Positions 8,725 to 17,662 of a stretch of DNA of 32,548 bases are shown here, piece by piece. The stretch is taken from NCBI GenBank assembly GCA_038243585.1, contig JBBSQY010000039.1:1-32548 (forward strand), read 5' to 3'. Under the pieces are notes generated by a model. That model was not told where the DNA came from. It searched no databases and saw only the letters and a program-made list of their open reading frames with translations. Both the position numbers and the translations under genes were made by a program. Position 1 is the first letter of the stretch. Each line of letters opens with the position of its first letter. This DNA comes from Candidatus Sumerlaeales bacterium (lineage in GTDB: Bacteria > Sumerlaeota > Sumerlaeia > Sumerlaeales > Sumerlaeaceae).

Positions 8725-8925
8725 GTGGACTCTCAGACGCAGACCCAGGTATTGACTAACAAACGCGGCGGATCAAAAATGGCCCCCCTTCACTGGGGAA
8801 TGTTGTTGGCGTCTACTGTCCTGCTGACCCTCGCTGCCGTTTTGATGGTGATGGAGTATAACATTCTGGGGCTTATCGTTATGTTAGCGGGCATTGCCGT
8901 GCGCGTGATAGATACGCGAATGTAA
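8725..8925 (+). CDS. Small two-TM membrane protein, hypothetical
   Basis: 66-aa ORF with two hydrophobic segments, co-oriented between the secreted protein and cysS. Confidence 0.55.
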   Translation: MDSQTQTQVLTNKRGGSKMAPLHWGMLLASTVLLTLAAVLMVMEYNILGLIVMLAGIAVRVIDTRM

Positions 8926-8986
8926 CAACACGTCTCGCTGCTCGCTAACCTTACCCCTTTAAAATACAAAAGAACAAAAGCCCCTG

Positions 8987-10411
8987 ATGACCATTCGCAT
9001 TTTCAACACGGCCACCCGCGCCAAAGAAGTTTTTGAACCGCAGTCTCCCGACCAGGTGACGATGTACAATTGCGGACCTACCGTATACGACTACTTCCAC
9101 GTAGGCAACGCCCGAAATTTCGTGGTGGTAGACGCCATCCGCAGCCACTTGAAATATCGCGGCTATAAAGTCAAGTTCGTGCAAAACTTCACCGATATTG
9201 ACGACAAGATTATCAAGCGGGCCAACGAAAACAATGAGCCGTGGGATGAGCTGGCGGAGCGATTCATCGCGGCTTATTTTCGAAATGCCGACGCTCTTGG
9301 CGTGCAGCGGGCTGATGTACACCCGAAAGCCACCGAGTACATCCCCCAGCAGATTGAACTGGTGGAAAAGCTAATCGAACGCGGCCTCGCCTATAATAAG
9401 AACGGCGACGTCTATTTCCGCGTTCGTGAGTTTAAGGCTTATGGGGAACTCAGCGGTAAGAATATCGACGACCTGCTGGAAGGTGCCCGGGTTGAACTGG
9501 GCGACATAAAAGAAGATCCTCTGGATTTTGCTCTATGGAAATCCGTGAAGCCCGGAGAGCCAAGCTGGGACAGCCCCTGGGGCAAAGGCCGGCCAGGCTG
9601 GCACCTGGAATGCAGCGCCATGAGCATGGCCATCCTGGGCGAGACCATCGACATCCACAGCGGGGGAGTGGACCTCGTTTTTCCTCATCATGAAAACGAG
9701 CGGGCTCAATCCTGCGGATGCACCGGCAAACCTTTCGTGAAATACTGGATGCACAACGGCTTTCTCACCATCGATAAGCAAAAGATGTCCAAGTCCCTCG
9801 GCAACTTCTTCACCATTGACCAGGTGCTCGAGCGTTACGACGCAGGCACGGTGCGGTTCTATCTGCTGTCTGGCCACTATCGACATCCTCTGGACTACAG
9901 CGAAGCTGCCCTCGAAGAAGCCAAAAGCGCTGTCAACAGAATCCGGGAAGCAGTAGTAACCGCCGAAAAGCTACTCGCTCCAACCGCAGTCGGTAGGGAT
10001 GGCTCGCCGAGCCGTCCGCCCACAACGACAAAATTTATATCAGATTACGACGAAGCCATGGACGACGACTTCAACACGCAACGCGCCATCGGAATAGTAT
10101 TCGAAGCTGTCACCCTCCTTAACGAAGAACGCCAGAAATTTGCCCGCGGCGATCAGGCAGCCGCCACCGAAGCGGGCGATTGCGTAGCCTTGATTCATAA
10201 CCTATTGGAACGCCTAGGCCTTGATAAGCTGATGTTCGAAACTTCCTCCGACGCCGGCATGGCCGATGCCCTGGTAGAACTTCTTATCCAGACGAGGAAA
10301 ATGGCCAAGGACAACAAACAATATCAAATGGCCGATTCCATCCGAGACGAACTAGGCAAACTAGGCATCCGCCTGCAAGATCACCCAGCAGGAACCATCT
10401 GGCTCAAGTAG
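8987..10411 (+). CDS. cysS: Cysteine--tRNA ligase
   Basis: MYNCGPTVYD, HVGN (HIGH motif), DFALWK, GRPGWHLECSAM, DIHSGGVDLVFPHHENE, KMSKSLGN, MDDDFNT. Confidence 0.98.
   Translation: MTIRIFNTATRAKEVFEPQSPDQVTMYNCGPTVYDYFHVGNARNFVVVDAIRSHLKYRGYKVKFVQNFTDIDDKIIKRANENNEPWDELAERFIAAYFRNADALGVQRADVHPKATEYIPQQIELVEKLIERGLAYNKNGDVYFRVREFKAYGELSGKNIDDLLEGARVELGDIKEDPLDFALWKSVKPGEPSWDSPWGKGRPGWHLECSAMSMAILGETIDIHSGGVDLVFPHHENERAQSCGCTGKPFVKYWMHNGFLTIDKQKMSKSLGNFFTIDQVLERYDAGTVRFYLLSGHYRHPLDYSEAALEEAKSAVNRIREAVVTAEKLLAPTAVGRDGSPSRPPTTTKFISDYDEAMDDDFNTQRAIGIVFEAVTLLNEERQKFARGDQAAATEAGDCVALIHNLLERLGLDKLMFETSSDAGMADALVELLIQTRKMAKDNKQYQMADSIRDELGKLGIRLQDHPAGTIWLK
9993..10017 (+). repeat. GTAG-type REP-like palindrome read in frame within cysS
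   Basis: GTAG followed by GGATGGCTCG-C-CGAGCCGTCC (10-bp inverted repeat with one T-G pair); translated as part of VGRDGSPSRP. Confidence 0.65.
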
Positions 10412-10514
10412 TGGGGACGTGATTCCCGGCCGGCGCAGTGCCCAGGCGGGTGCAAGAGGTTTAACCGTGGCAAGTGCTACTGGTAGCTATTCCCCTTGAA
10501 CTTGTTGGGTAGGA

Positions 10515-11900
10515 ATGGCTATTCGAGCTGTCCACAATGAAAGTCTGAGGATCGCCTTGAACCTATTTATTACAGCCTACACCTGTTCTATTGCGCTAAT
10601 ATTTATCATTTTTTCCGCACCTGTAATCCGCGCAGAAACCCCTTTAACAGATGAAGCGCTCCCACTAATGAATTACTCGCGTAGCGATCCATCTATTACG
10701 GGGACTGTGTTTCTGCCAGGTGGCGAACCAGCCACAGGGGCCCTCGTGGATTGGCCCGAAATGTTTAGTATGATGCGCGGAACATCAACAACAGTGAAGA
10801 GCGACGGAACTTTTTCATTTGATGGCCTAAGCGCTACTGCCGGTCAAATGTCTGTGAGAATGCCCGGTTATGTAACAGTACCGCTTTCCGTCACGTTTAA
10901 CACCCATCCAGGAATAATTCCTCCTGAAATCTTAAATCCCGCTGCCGTAGTCAGCGGCAGTATCAGATTATCAGACAACACCCCTCTTCCGGGGGTACGT
11001 GTACTCGCAACCAGACCGCGTCCGAATTTTGCGGGACCGCAAAAGTTTCATTTTCTTACTGCTTCAAAACGCGGAGATTTAAATGTGTTTGAAGAGCAGA
11101 TAACAAACGACGCTGGGGAATTTACCTTCGATACCCTAGGCCCGGGCGACCATGTGATCCAGAGCTTTGCGCCAGGCCTCGTGACCCACACTCAAAGTAT
11201 TAACGCCCCTGCGACAGACGTTACGTTTACAATGACTTCCGGTACATTTGAAATACGCGGGATGGCGCTTCGCTACGGAACCAACGAAGTACTGCCGGAA
11301 ACAAGTATCTCTGCTACTATAATTTCGCCACCCCTTGCCGTTCTAACAACTTTCTTTAGCCACCGGTCCAGCTACATACGACAGTTAACTACAGTTTCAG
11401 ACTTCCGTGGGCGCTACCGATTTGCCGGACTTGAGCCGGGTCAGTATCTCTTGAGCGCACGTAATGGTCAATTAATGCAAGTCCCGGTGTCAGGCCTTGA
11501 TTCTAAGAGGACTTATCCCTCTGGTGCCACATTGTCCGCTTCCAATCCCTCCGCCGAGGTGAATCTCCACCTTTATCCCGGCCACGAGATCTCCGGCATG
11601 GTTTGCGATGCTCACACCAGTAAACCAGTTTCTGGCGTTCGAGTTACGGTGAATTCTCCCGAACATCATGAAATATCCGCCACCACAGATGTGCAGGGCC
11701 GATACACGCTGCATCACGTGCCTGGCGCAGGGTTGAACAGCATTTCTATGGGAGCAGAGAAGATCGGATATCAACGCGCGTCCAGCCGGGGGTGCTGCAC
11801 CCCCATTAGACAAGTGGTTTTGGATATTGCAAACCCACACATTAATCTAGATATTTTGTTGGAGCAGCTACCGAACGAAAAGGCTGAAGTTCCGGGTTAG
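10515..11900 (+). CDS. Secreted/membrane-anchored protein with repeated carboxypeptidase-regulatory-like (Cna-B-like) beta-sandwich domains
   Basis: N-terminal hydrophobic segment, then about four repeats of 'I.G.V....G.P..G..V ... T...G.F/Y.F.GL.PG.Y'. Confidence 0.75.
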   Translation: MAIRAVHNESLRIALNLFITAYTCSIALIFIIFSAPVIRAETPLTDEALPLMNYSRSDPSITGTVFLPGGEPATGALVDWPEMFSMMRGTSTTVKSDGTFSFDGLSATAGQMSVRMPGYVTVPLSVTFNTHPGIIPPEILNPAAVVSGSIRLSDNTPLPGVRVLATRPRPNFAGPQKFHFLTASKRGDLNVFEEQITNDAGEFTFDTLGPGDHVIQSFAPGLVTHTQSINAPATDVTFTMTSGTFEIRGMALRYGTNEVLPETSISATIISPPLAVLTTFFSHRSSYIRQLTTVSDFRGRYRFAGLEPGQYLLSARNGQLMQVPVSGLDSKRTYPSGATLSASNPSAEVNLHLYPGHEISGMVCDAHTSKPVSGVRVTVNSPEHHEISATTDVQGRYTLHHVPGAGLNSISMGAEKIGYQRASSRGCCTPIRQVVLDIANPHINLDILLEQLPNEKAEVPG

Positions 11901-11945
11901 CCGGACGACCTGCTGGATCGATCATCCAGCTGTATCTATATCACA

Positions 11946-12132
11946 TCAGCTCGTCCAGTCCGGCCCAGCCACCTCTTTCCGCCGCGCCCGGATCGCTTCA
12001 TACTGCTCCGCCGGCAGCGGTCTCTGAAACAGGCTGTGGGCGTTCTCGCCCCGCCGGCCGGGCTTCTGCGTTCCCACTATCATGGTGCTGATACCGGGGA
12101 TGGTAGGCGAAAAACGCATCGCTGTGGCGACG
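11946..12132 (-). pseudogene. Orphan 3' fragment of an aldo/keto reductase (diverged copy of the 3' end of 12554..13456)
   Basis: 11953-12132 aligns without gaps to 12567-12746 (about 29 mismatches in 180 nt by hand count). It encodes VATAMRFSPTIPGISTMIVGTQKPGR..., has no 5' part, and two Trp codons have become Arg. Confidence 0.85.
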
Positions 12133-12156
12133 TTCAACTTTCCTGTGCGATCCCTT

Positions 12157-12520
12157 TTATAGGCCAGCTGTGTCGTCATTTTTTAATTTAAGTTCCCGTG
12201 CGGGAATAGCGACACTAAAACGACTGCGCTTATAACAGCCTCAATCAGTCAAATCTCGACTACAAAACACGCTCTTTGAAAACTCTACCCGTCCCAACGC
12301 GATCAACCCTGCCGCAGGTCAAAAGAAGTCCAGTACCGGTATCTACTGAAACTAAAAATGATGCGCTTTGCTTCTTTGGTCAACTAAGTCATTTAAAATC
12401 AGTCGGAGAGGCCGATTTAAATACCAAAGCGCCGCGTCCTGTAAGTGCAATAATACCAATGGAAGAGGCCGAATTAATTATAACCAGCAAAACCGTCTTA
12501 CAGGCCAGCTCTGTCGTCAT
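12157..12520. repeat. 23-bp imperfect direct repeat pair (12157-12179 and 12498-12520)
   Basis: TTATAGGCCAGCTGTGTCGTCAT versus TTACAGGCCAGCTCTGTCGTCAT, 21/23 identical. Confidence 0.75.
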
Positions 12521-12553
12521 GCCGACGATAGGTCCATCGTCCCCCGACTTCGT

Positions 12554-13456
12554 TTAAGTCTCGCCTGTCCAGTCCTTCTCCGCCACTTCACGCCACCGCG
12601 CCCGGATTGCTTCAAATTCCTCCTCGGGCAATGGTCCCTGAAATAGACTGTGGGCGTTTTCTCCCCACCGGCCTGGCTTCTGCGTTCCCACTATCATGGT
12701 GCTGATACCGGGGATGGTCGCCGTAAACCGCATCGCCGTGGCGACGCTTTCCTCCAGAGGCTTATCCATGAATGGATATTTCAGCTTCTGCAGACGATCC
12801 CAATAGGCTTGGTGATATGCCTCCTCTGGTTTCGATCCGGTACGCCAGGCCGCGTTCGCGATCGGCCGTTTTGCAATAACGCCCATTCCCCGCTCCGTAG
12901 CGACGGGAATTGTCAGGTCGATCGCTTCCTGATCGGCTATGCTTACAGAGGTCTGCAAAGCGTCAAAATGTCCGCACTCAATGGCATAACTGGCTGCTGC
13001 GCCGTCGCCGCTGTATCCGATATAACGCGTGTAGCCTTTGTCGCGAGCTTCCATGAGCGCGTCGATCACTTCACCTTTTTGAAGATCTTCAAGGCTGCAA
13101 CTGTGCAACTGTACCAGATCAAGCCGGTCGGTTTTCAGGCGACGAAGGCTTCGTTCGATGCTCTTCAAAAGCGAACTCTTCTCCCATACGCCCTTTTTGC
13201 CACCTTCGTGGTCTTCATGACCGCACTTGGTAAACAGGTAAAACTCATTCCGACGACCGGATATGGCATCGCCCAGCAGTTCCTCGCTGTTTTCATAGCA
13301 CTCCGCCGTGTCGATCACGTTCAGCCCGGCGTTCAGTGCACTGTTCAAAAGCGTCGAGACCCTATCCAGGTCTGCACCCTCAAATCCGATTTCCGCTCCG
13401 CCAAATCCCAGCAGGCTCACCTGCATGTCGGTTTTCCCGAATTGCCGCTTTTCCAT
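12554..13456 (-). CDS. Aldo/keto reductase
   Basis: RQFGKTDMQVSLLGFGG, IDTAECY, TKCG, SLRRLKTDRLDLVQLH, RYIGYS; the catalytic D/Y/K/H tetrad is present. Confidence 0.95.
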   Translation of the reverse strand: MEKRQFGKTDMQVSLLGFGGAEIGFEGADLDRVSTLLNSALNAGLNVIDTAECYENSEELLGDAISGRRNEFYLFTKCGHEDHEGGKKGVWEKSSLLKSIERSLRRLKTDRLDLVQLHSCSLEDLQKGEVIDALMEARDKGYTRYIGYSGDGAAASYAIECGHFDALQTSVSIADQEAIDLTIPVATERGMGVIAKRPIANAAWRTGSKPEEAYHQAYWDRLQKLKYPFMDKPLEESVATAMRFTATIPGISTMIVGTQKPGRWGENAHSLFQGPLPEEEFEAIRARWREVAEKDWTGET

Positions 13457-13585
13457 AAGTGTCCTATCCTTAACTGATGTGCCTGATTACAGGGGCAAAA
13501 AATGCGCCATGACGCGGCTTGTATATAATGTGCGGAATTAACTTACGGTGCTTTCACGTTGTCGTAAGCTAAAGCGCCCGATGGA

Positions 13586-15604
13586 ATGGATGTTTTAATG
13601 CGAGCCTTCTTCAAAAAACACCTAATAAAGACAGCAACTTATGCAACTGGTCTGGCCGTGGTGGTTGCAACGTCCGCCGCCCCAGCGGGCGGCTACCTGG
13701 CCGTCGACACTACCGGTCAGCCTTTTAAATGGGTTGGCCCCATAACGGTGAATCTTGACCAGGGACCCCTGGGGAAATTGTCAAAATCCGAGGCAGACAC
13801 CTTCGTGCTTAATGCCATGAGCAAATGGACTGCCACCAATATTTCTGGCAGCGCCGTGCAGTTTGTGCGCGGCCCAGATCTTTCCGAAGATCACGGCGAC
13901 GGACAGGGTGCTGATCCTAATGCCGATTACGGAAAAACTCCGGACGGAATTACCGCCATCATCTATGACCAGTTTGGAACGTATACGGACCAATCCCTGG
14001 GAGCGAATATGAGTCTCTCGGTTGCCGGATGGGCCGGGCCTACCATACCGGATGATTATTCTCCGACCCCTTTAAGCGAGGGGATTGTGGTGCTAAACGG
14101 TCGTCTAATAGACGGCGACGTAGACGGAGGACTGGCGCCGGACCTGGATCCCGACGTCTACCAGGGAGTCATTACCCATGAGGTTGGACATATGCTGAAC
14201 CTCGACCATTCCCAGGCTGCTGTTGCGTTCAGCGAAACAGGATTTGATGCCGGGAGTATTGGAGGAGTATCAGAACCCCGCCACCCTCCAGATTTGAGGG
14301 GTGTGCCAACGATGTTTCCATTTGTTATGCCGGAGATCAGCACCTTGGAAACAGACGATAAGGCATGGATTACGTCATTATATCCAGATGCCGCACTGGC
14401 GGCGTCCCATGGATCGATTTCGGGCAGTATCCGTACCATTGACAATTTACCCTTTGATGGCGCTAATATCGTCGCGTTTAACGCGGACGACCCCACCAGC
14501 ATGATAACATGCGTCAGCGGCTATGCCGATTCTGATGCGATTACATCTCCGTCAGGCAATTATCTGATACCCTCTCTTCCGCCCGGGTCGCAATGGGTCG
14601 TTGATGTTGAACCGCTTGTCGACGCATTCAACACGTTGTCAAGCGTCGGACCTGAACTTGAGCAGCCAGTCATCATGCCCGGCGCGCCTGAATTTATTAA
14701 CGAGGCGGGATTTGAGTCCACGTCGGATTCGGCTCTAGTCAGCACTACGTTTCAAGTTCCTGGTAATCCGGCCACGCGCCATTTCACTGACGTCAATTTG
14801 CGTTTTAATGATATAGAAGATGTCGACTTTGTGACAGAAGTCGATACGGGAACGGACGAACTGACGGCTCAACTCGTGCCGGTGACTCCGGGACGATATA
14901 CCTATATCCAAGGTCACATTGACCCCACCGAGATGAACCCTCAGGATCTAGGATTCTACGGTGTTTACTACGATTTTTACCGGGTAAGGCCGCCCGCAGG
15001 AGTGGAGCTGAACCAGGTATTTATCCAGGGTCAGAGCGTGATTCTGGATTGCTCAGTATTCGAATGGCGGCCAGATGGGGAAACGCATCGTATTGTGACG
15101 ACAGTTGCCGCGTTTGGAGCTCCGTCACTCTCGCTTTCTCTTGATTCTACGCACATGGGGAGTGCTCCGCATGAGGGCGAATTCTATATCGGGGTTTGCT
15201 ACCCGGATCCATTTCTTGGAGGGGAAAGCCCACGCGTTACGCTGTCTGACTATGTTCTAGGGTTGTTATTTTCCGTAAGTGACAGAGACGGCCTGGTCGT
15301 AAAGGGCGCCGACAACGGAGAGATCAACCCGGATGCGGGAGTTGTGCAAATCAAGGGTCGGGGATTCAAATCGACAGGCGGTTCCCCATCCGTAGCGTTT
15401 TCCAATCCGGGCATAGGAGTCGATAATGTCACGTTAGTGGATGCAAACACCTTGAACGTGGCAATCTCAAAGCAGCCAGGTTTTCAACCCGGCCTGACAA
15501 CAATTCAAGTAACGAACAGCCCGGCATCGGGCGGATATGCGGGGCGAGCGGTTCAACAGATGACGGGGACCGCCTCGCACGTATCTGACTGGGAGCTGTA
15601 CTGA
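13586..15604 (+). CDS. Secreted metzincin (matrixin-like) zinc metalloprotease with accessory beta-sandwich domains and C-terminal SHVSDWELY motif
   Basis: Signal peptide; zinc motif HEVGHMLNLDH (14177-14209) and Met-turn PTMFP; then a GSISG.I...GANIVA domain, a PPC-like YDFYRV domain and an IPT/TIG-like IKGRGF...IQVTN domain. Confidence 0.82.
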   Translation: MDVLMRAFFKKHLIKTATYATGLAVVVATSAAPAGGYLAVDTTGQPFKWVGPITVNLDQGPLGKLSKSEADTFVLNAMSKWTATNISGSAVQFVRGPDLSEDHGDGQGADPNADYGKTPDGITAIIYDQFGTYTDQSLGANMSLSVAGWAGPTIPDDYSPTPLSEGIVVLNGRLIDGDVDGGLAPDLDPDVYQGVITHEVGHMLNLDHSQAAVAFSETGFDAGSIGGVSEPRHPPDLRGVPTMFPFVMPEISTLETDDKAWITSLYPDAALAASHGSISGSIRTIDNLPFDGANIVAFNADDPTSMITCVSGYADSDAITSPSGNYLIPSLPPGSQWVVDVEPLVDAFNTLSSVGPELEQPVIMPGAPEFINEAGFESTSDSALVSTTFQVPGNPATRHFTDVNLRFNDIEDVDFVTEVDTGTDELTAQLVPVTPGRYTYIQGHIDPTEMNPQDLGFYGVYYDFYRVRPPAGVELNQVFIQGQSVILDCSVFEWRPDGETHRIVTTVAAFGAPSLSLSLDSTHMGSAPHEGEFYIGVCYPDPFLGGESPRVTLSDYVLGLLFSVSDRDGLVVKGADNGEINPDAGVVQIKGRGFKSTGGSPSVAFSNPGIGVDNVTLVDANTLNVAISKQPGFQPGLTTIQVTNSPASGGYAGRAVQQMTGTASHVSDWELY

Positions 15605-15607
15605 GAA

Positions 15608-16354
15608 ATGGGATTAGCAGACATGATAAGTATAAATGGAAAATTTGGGACGCTTCAGGTTGCTGTGGTTCGGCTCGCGCTGTTGATTATGGCTGTTGTG
15701 ATTGCTCCGGATTCTATCAGGGCAACGACACTGATAGCTCAGAACCTGGCCCAATTGTCCGAAACAGCGGAATCGGCATTTGTCGTTCTAATTAATGACG
15801 TTACTGCGACAACGTCGGAAACCGGCAGCTGTGATCTAGTGACAGGTACGGTTGTCAATCCGGTTTTTGGAGAAGTGCAAACCAGCCAGGTAATTTCGTG
15901 GAAGCAGCTTCGGCTGGGGCGAACGACCGCGTTGCCCGGGATGCCCAGGTATCAAGTCGGTCGAGAGTACCTGATTTTTCTTTCAGGAAAAGGGGGAAAA
16001 ACCGGGTATCAGTCGCCAATGGGGCTGGGACAGGGCGCTTTTTCGATCAAAAGAAATCCAGCTACAGGTGCCGCCTTGGCGCAAAACGCTTTCAACAACA
16101 GAAGTTTATCCGCGGGGCTGGATATCGGAGCAGCAGCAAGCGCTATGGTCGCGACGGATACAAAAGCGCGCGGACTTGGGCCGGCTGCGCGCGAGGCCGA
16201 AGCCGAAAAAATTAAGATGCGCCTGCAGCGAGGCCCTCAAAACAGCCTCGATGCCATAATGGGAGCAGCAAAGTTTTTCCATGCTCAGAAGCGTAACGGC
16301 AGGACGCCCTCGCAGGACTATCGAACTTCGGCTCCTGTGCAAATTTTACGGTAG
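15608..16354 (+). CDS. Secreted hypothetical protein (putative TIMP/NTR-like OB-fold), partner of the protease
   Basis: Starts 3 nt after the protease stop; signal peptide ending SIRA-TT; motif PGMPRYQVGREYLIFL...PMGLGQGAFSI. Confidence 0.6.
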   Translation: MGLADMISINGKFGTLQVAVVRLALLIMAVVIAPDSIRATTLIAQNLAQLSETAESAFVVLINDVTATTSETGSCDLVTGTVVNPVFGEVQTSQVISWKQLRLGRTTALPGMPRYQVGREYLIFLSGKGGKTGYQSPMGLGQGAFSIKRNPATGAALAQNAFNNRSLSAGLDIGAAASAMVATDTKARGLGPAAREAEAEKIKMRLQRGPQNSLDAIMGAAKFFHAQKRNGRTPSQDYRTSAPVQILR

Positions 16355-16465
16355 TATCTGTAATGCGTTATTTGTCGTAAGCCTGGCCGCCTGTTTGTCA
16401 TTAGTTGAAGACGGGTGCCGAGAGAGAAGGAAACAGATATCCTTTTCCACTGTATGCCCGTTATA

Positions 16466-17662
16466 ATGAGACCTGTAAAGAAATTGCTCTCCAGCTCGAA
16501 CAGATTATTCCCGGCAGTCGCTTTAATAATTTGTCTGTGGGCCGTCGCCAGCCCTGACCACGTTTCTGCTCGGTTTATTGATAGAACCATCGCAAAATTA
16601 AATGACAGCATAATGACGGAAAGCGATCTTGCCGAGGTCGTTGCAGACATCAACGGACGATTCACCACGATGGCCGCCAGCCCTTTTTCGGTGGCCACTA
16701 CAGAGACGGTGGAGAGTATGTTTGATCGAGAACTGCTTCTGCAGGAGGGGCGGCGGTTAAAGATTTCTCCGCCAGAGGAAGAACTTCACCGGCAGGTCGA
16801 AGAGATGGTCAGGGAGATAAGGTCCAACTTTACTTCCGAAAAACTATTTTACCAAACACTCGCCGAGGAAGGCATATCGCTTAGCCAGCTTAAAGAGGAG
16901 CTGCTTAAGAAAAGCAAAGTGGACTATACGGTTTACAACGTGGTGGACGCCCAGTATTCGGTGTCGGACTCAGACGTTGAAGGCTACTCCGCAAAGCAGA
17001 GCGCGGCCGGCGAAGCTGTTCAGAGCTATCGGTTGCGCAGGCTTGGAATTCCCATAAATGAGAGTGTCGGTGCGCAGGAGGCATGTCAGCGAGCGCAGGG
17101 CCTGGTGGCTCAGATTATAACTGAGGGGATTTCATTCGAAGAGGGGGTACGCCGATTTAGCCAGGTGCCGGGAGCCGCGGCGGACGGGGGAGACATGGGT
17201 TATATGGCGTCGGACAAGCTGAGCGCCGAGGTACGCGCGGCTATTCAGGATCTGGATAACGGGCAGGCAAGCGCCCCGGTTATAGCGGGGGGTTACGCAA
17301 ATATCTTTTATGTGCAAGGAAAGCGCGGGGCCAGAAGCGCTCTGCGTGAGGAGAAATTTTTCGAGGCAAAAACGGAACTGCTGGCGAAACTGCGGCGGAA
17401 ATTAATTTTGCAGGTTTTTGACCAGCGCCTGGCCGGAATTATGCCTGAAAACTATAAGTCAGCATTGATCGGCAGTGCCGTTGCGGTGCCAATGCCGACG
17501 CAGCCGAAACAACCGGCGACTCTACTACTTGGCGCGCCGACTGAGACCGTTGGAACGCCGCTGGCTGCTCCGGCTCCCACTCAATATCAGCCTACCCCTG
17601 TAGCTCCGTCGCCGACTCCAAAGCAGCGTCAGTTCCCTCGATGGTTTGGGAACCGGCAGTGA
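16466..17662 (+). CDS. surA: SurA-family periplasmic chaperone / parvulin peptidyl-prolyl isomerase
   Basis: Signal peptide, IDRTIAKLNDSIMTESDL (SurA N-domain), SFEEGVRRFSQ...ADGGDMGY (parvulin); overlaps the pdxA start, as in the common surA-pdxA arrangement. Start could also be 16415 or 16454. Confidence 0.8.
   Translation: MRPVKKLLSSSNRLFPAVALIICLWAVASPDHVSARFIDRTIAKLNDSIMTESDLAEVVADINGRFTTMAASPFSVATTETVESMFDRELLLQEGRRLKISPPEEELHRQVEEMVREIRSNFTSEKLFYQTLAEEGISLSQLKEELLKKSKVDYTVYNVVDAQYSVSDSDVEGYSAKQSAAGEAVQSYRLRRLGIPINESVGAQEACQRAQGLVAQIITEGISFEEGVRRFSQVPGAAADGGDMGYMASDKLSAEVRAAIQDLDNGQASAPVIAGGYANIFYVQGKRGARSALREEKFFEAKTELLAKLRRKLILQVFDQRLAGIMPENYKSALIGSAVAVPMPTQPKQPATLLLGAPTETVGTPLAAPAPTQYQPTPVAPSPTPKQRQFPRWFGNRQ

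Noticed and set aside
12276..12646. ORFs 12276..12557 and 12368..12646 (+) as cargo genes
   Set aside because: No RBS, no motifs, TTG starts, and overlap with the AKR 3' end; there is no support for coding.
11953..12746. Duplicated AKR 3' end as a DGR template/variable repeat pair (tempting given the Avd-like gene in the window)
   Set aside because: Mismatches involve all four bases in both copies and many are synonymous, so they are not adenine-specific; no reverse transcriptase gene is in the window.
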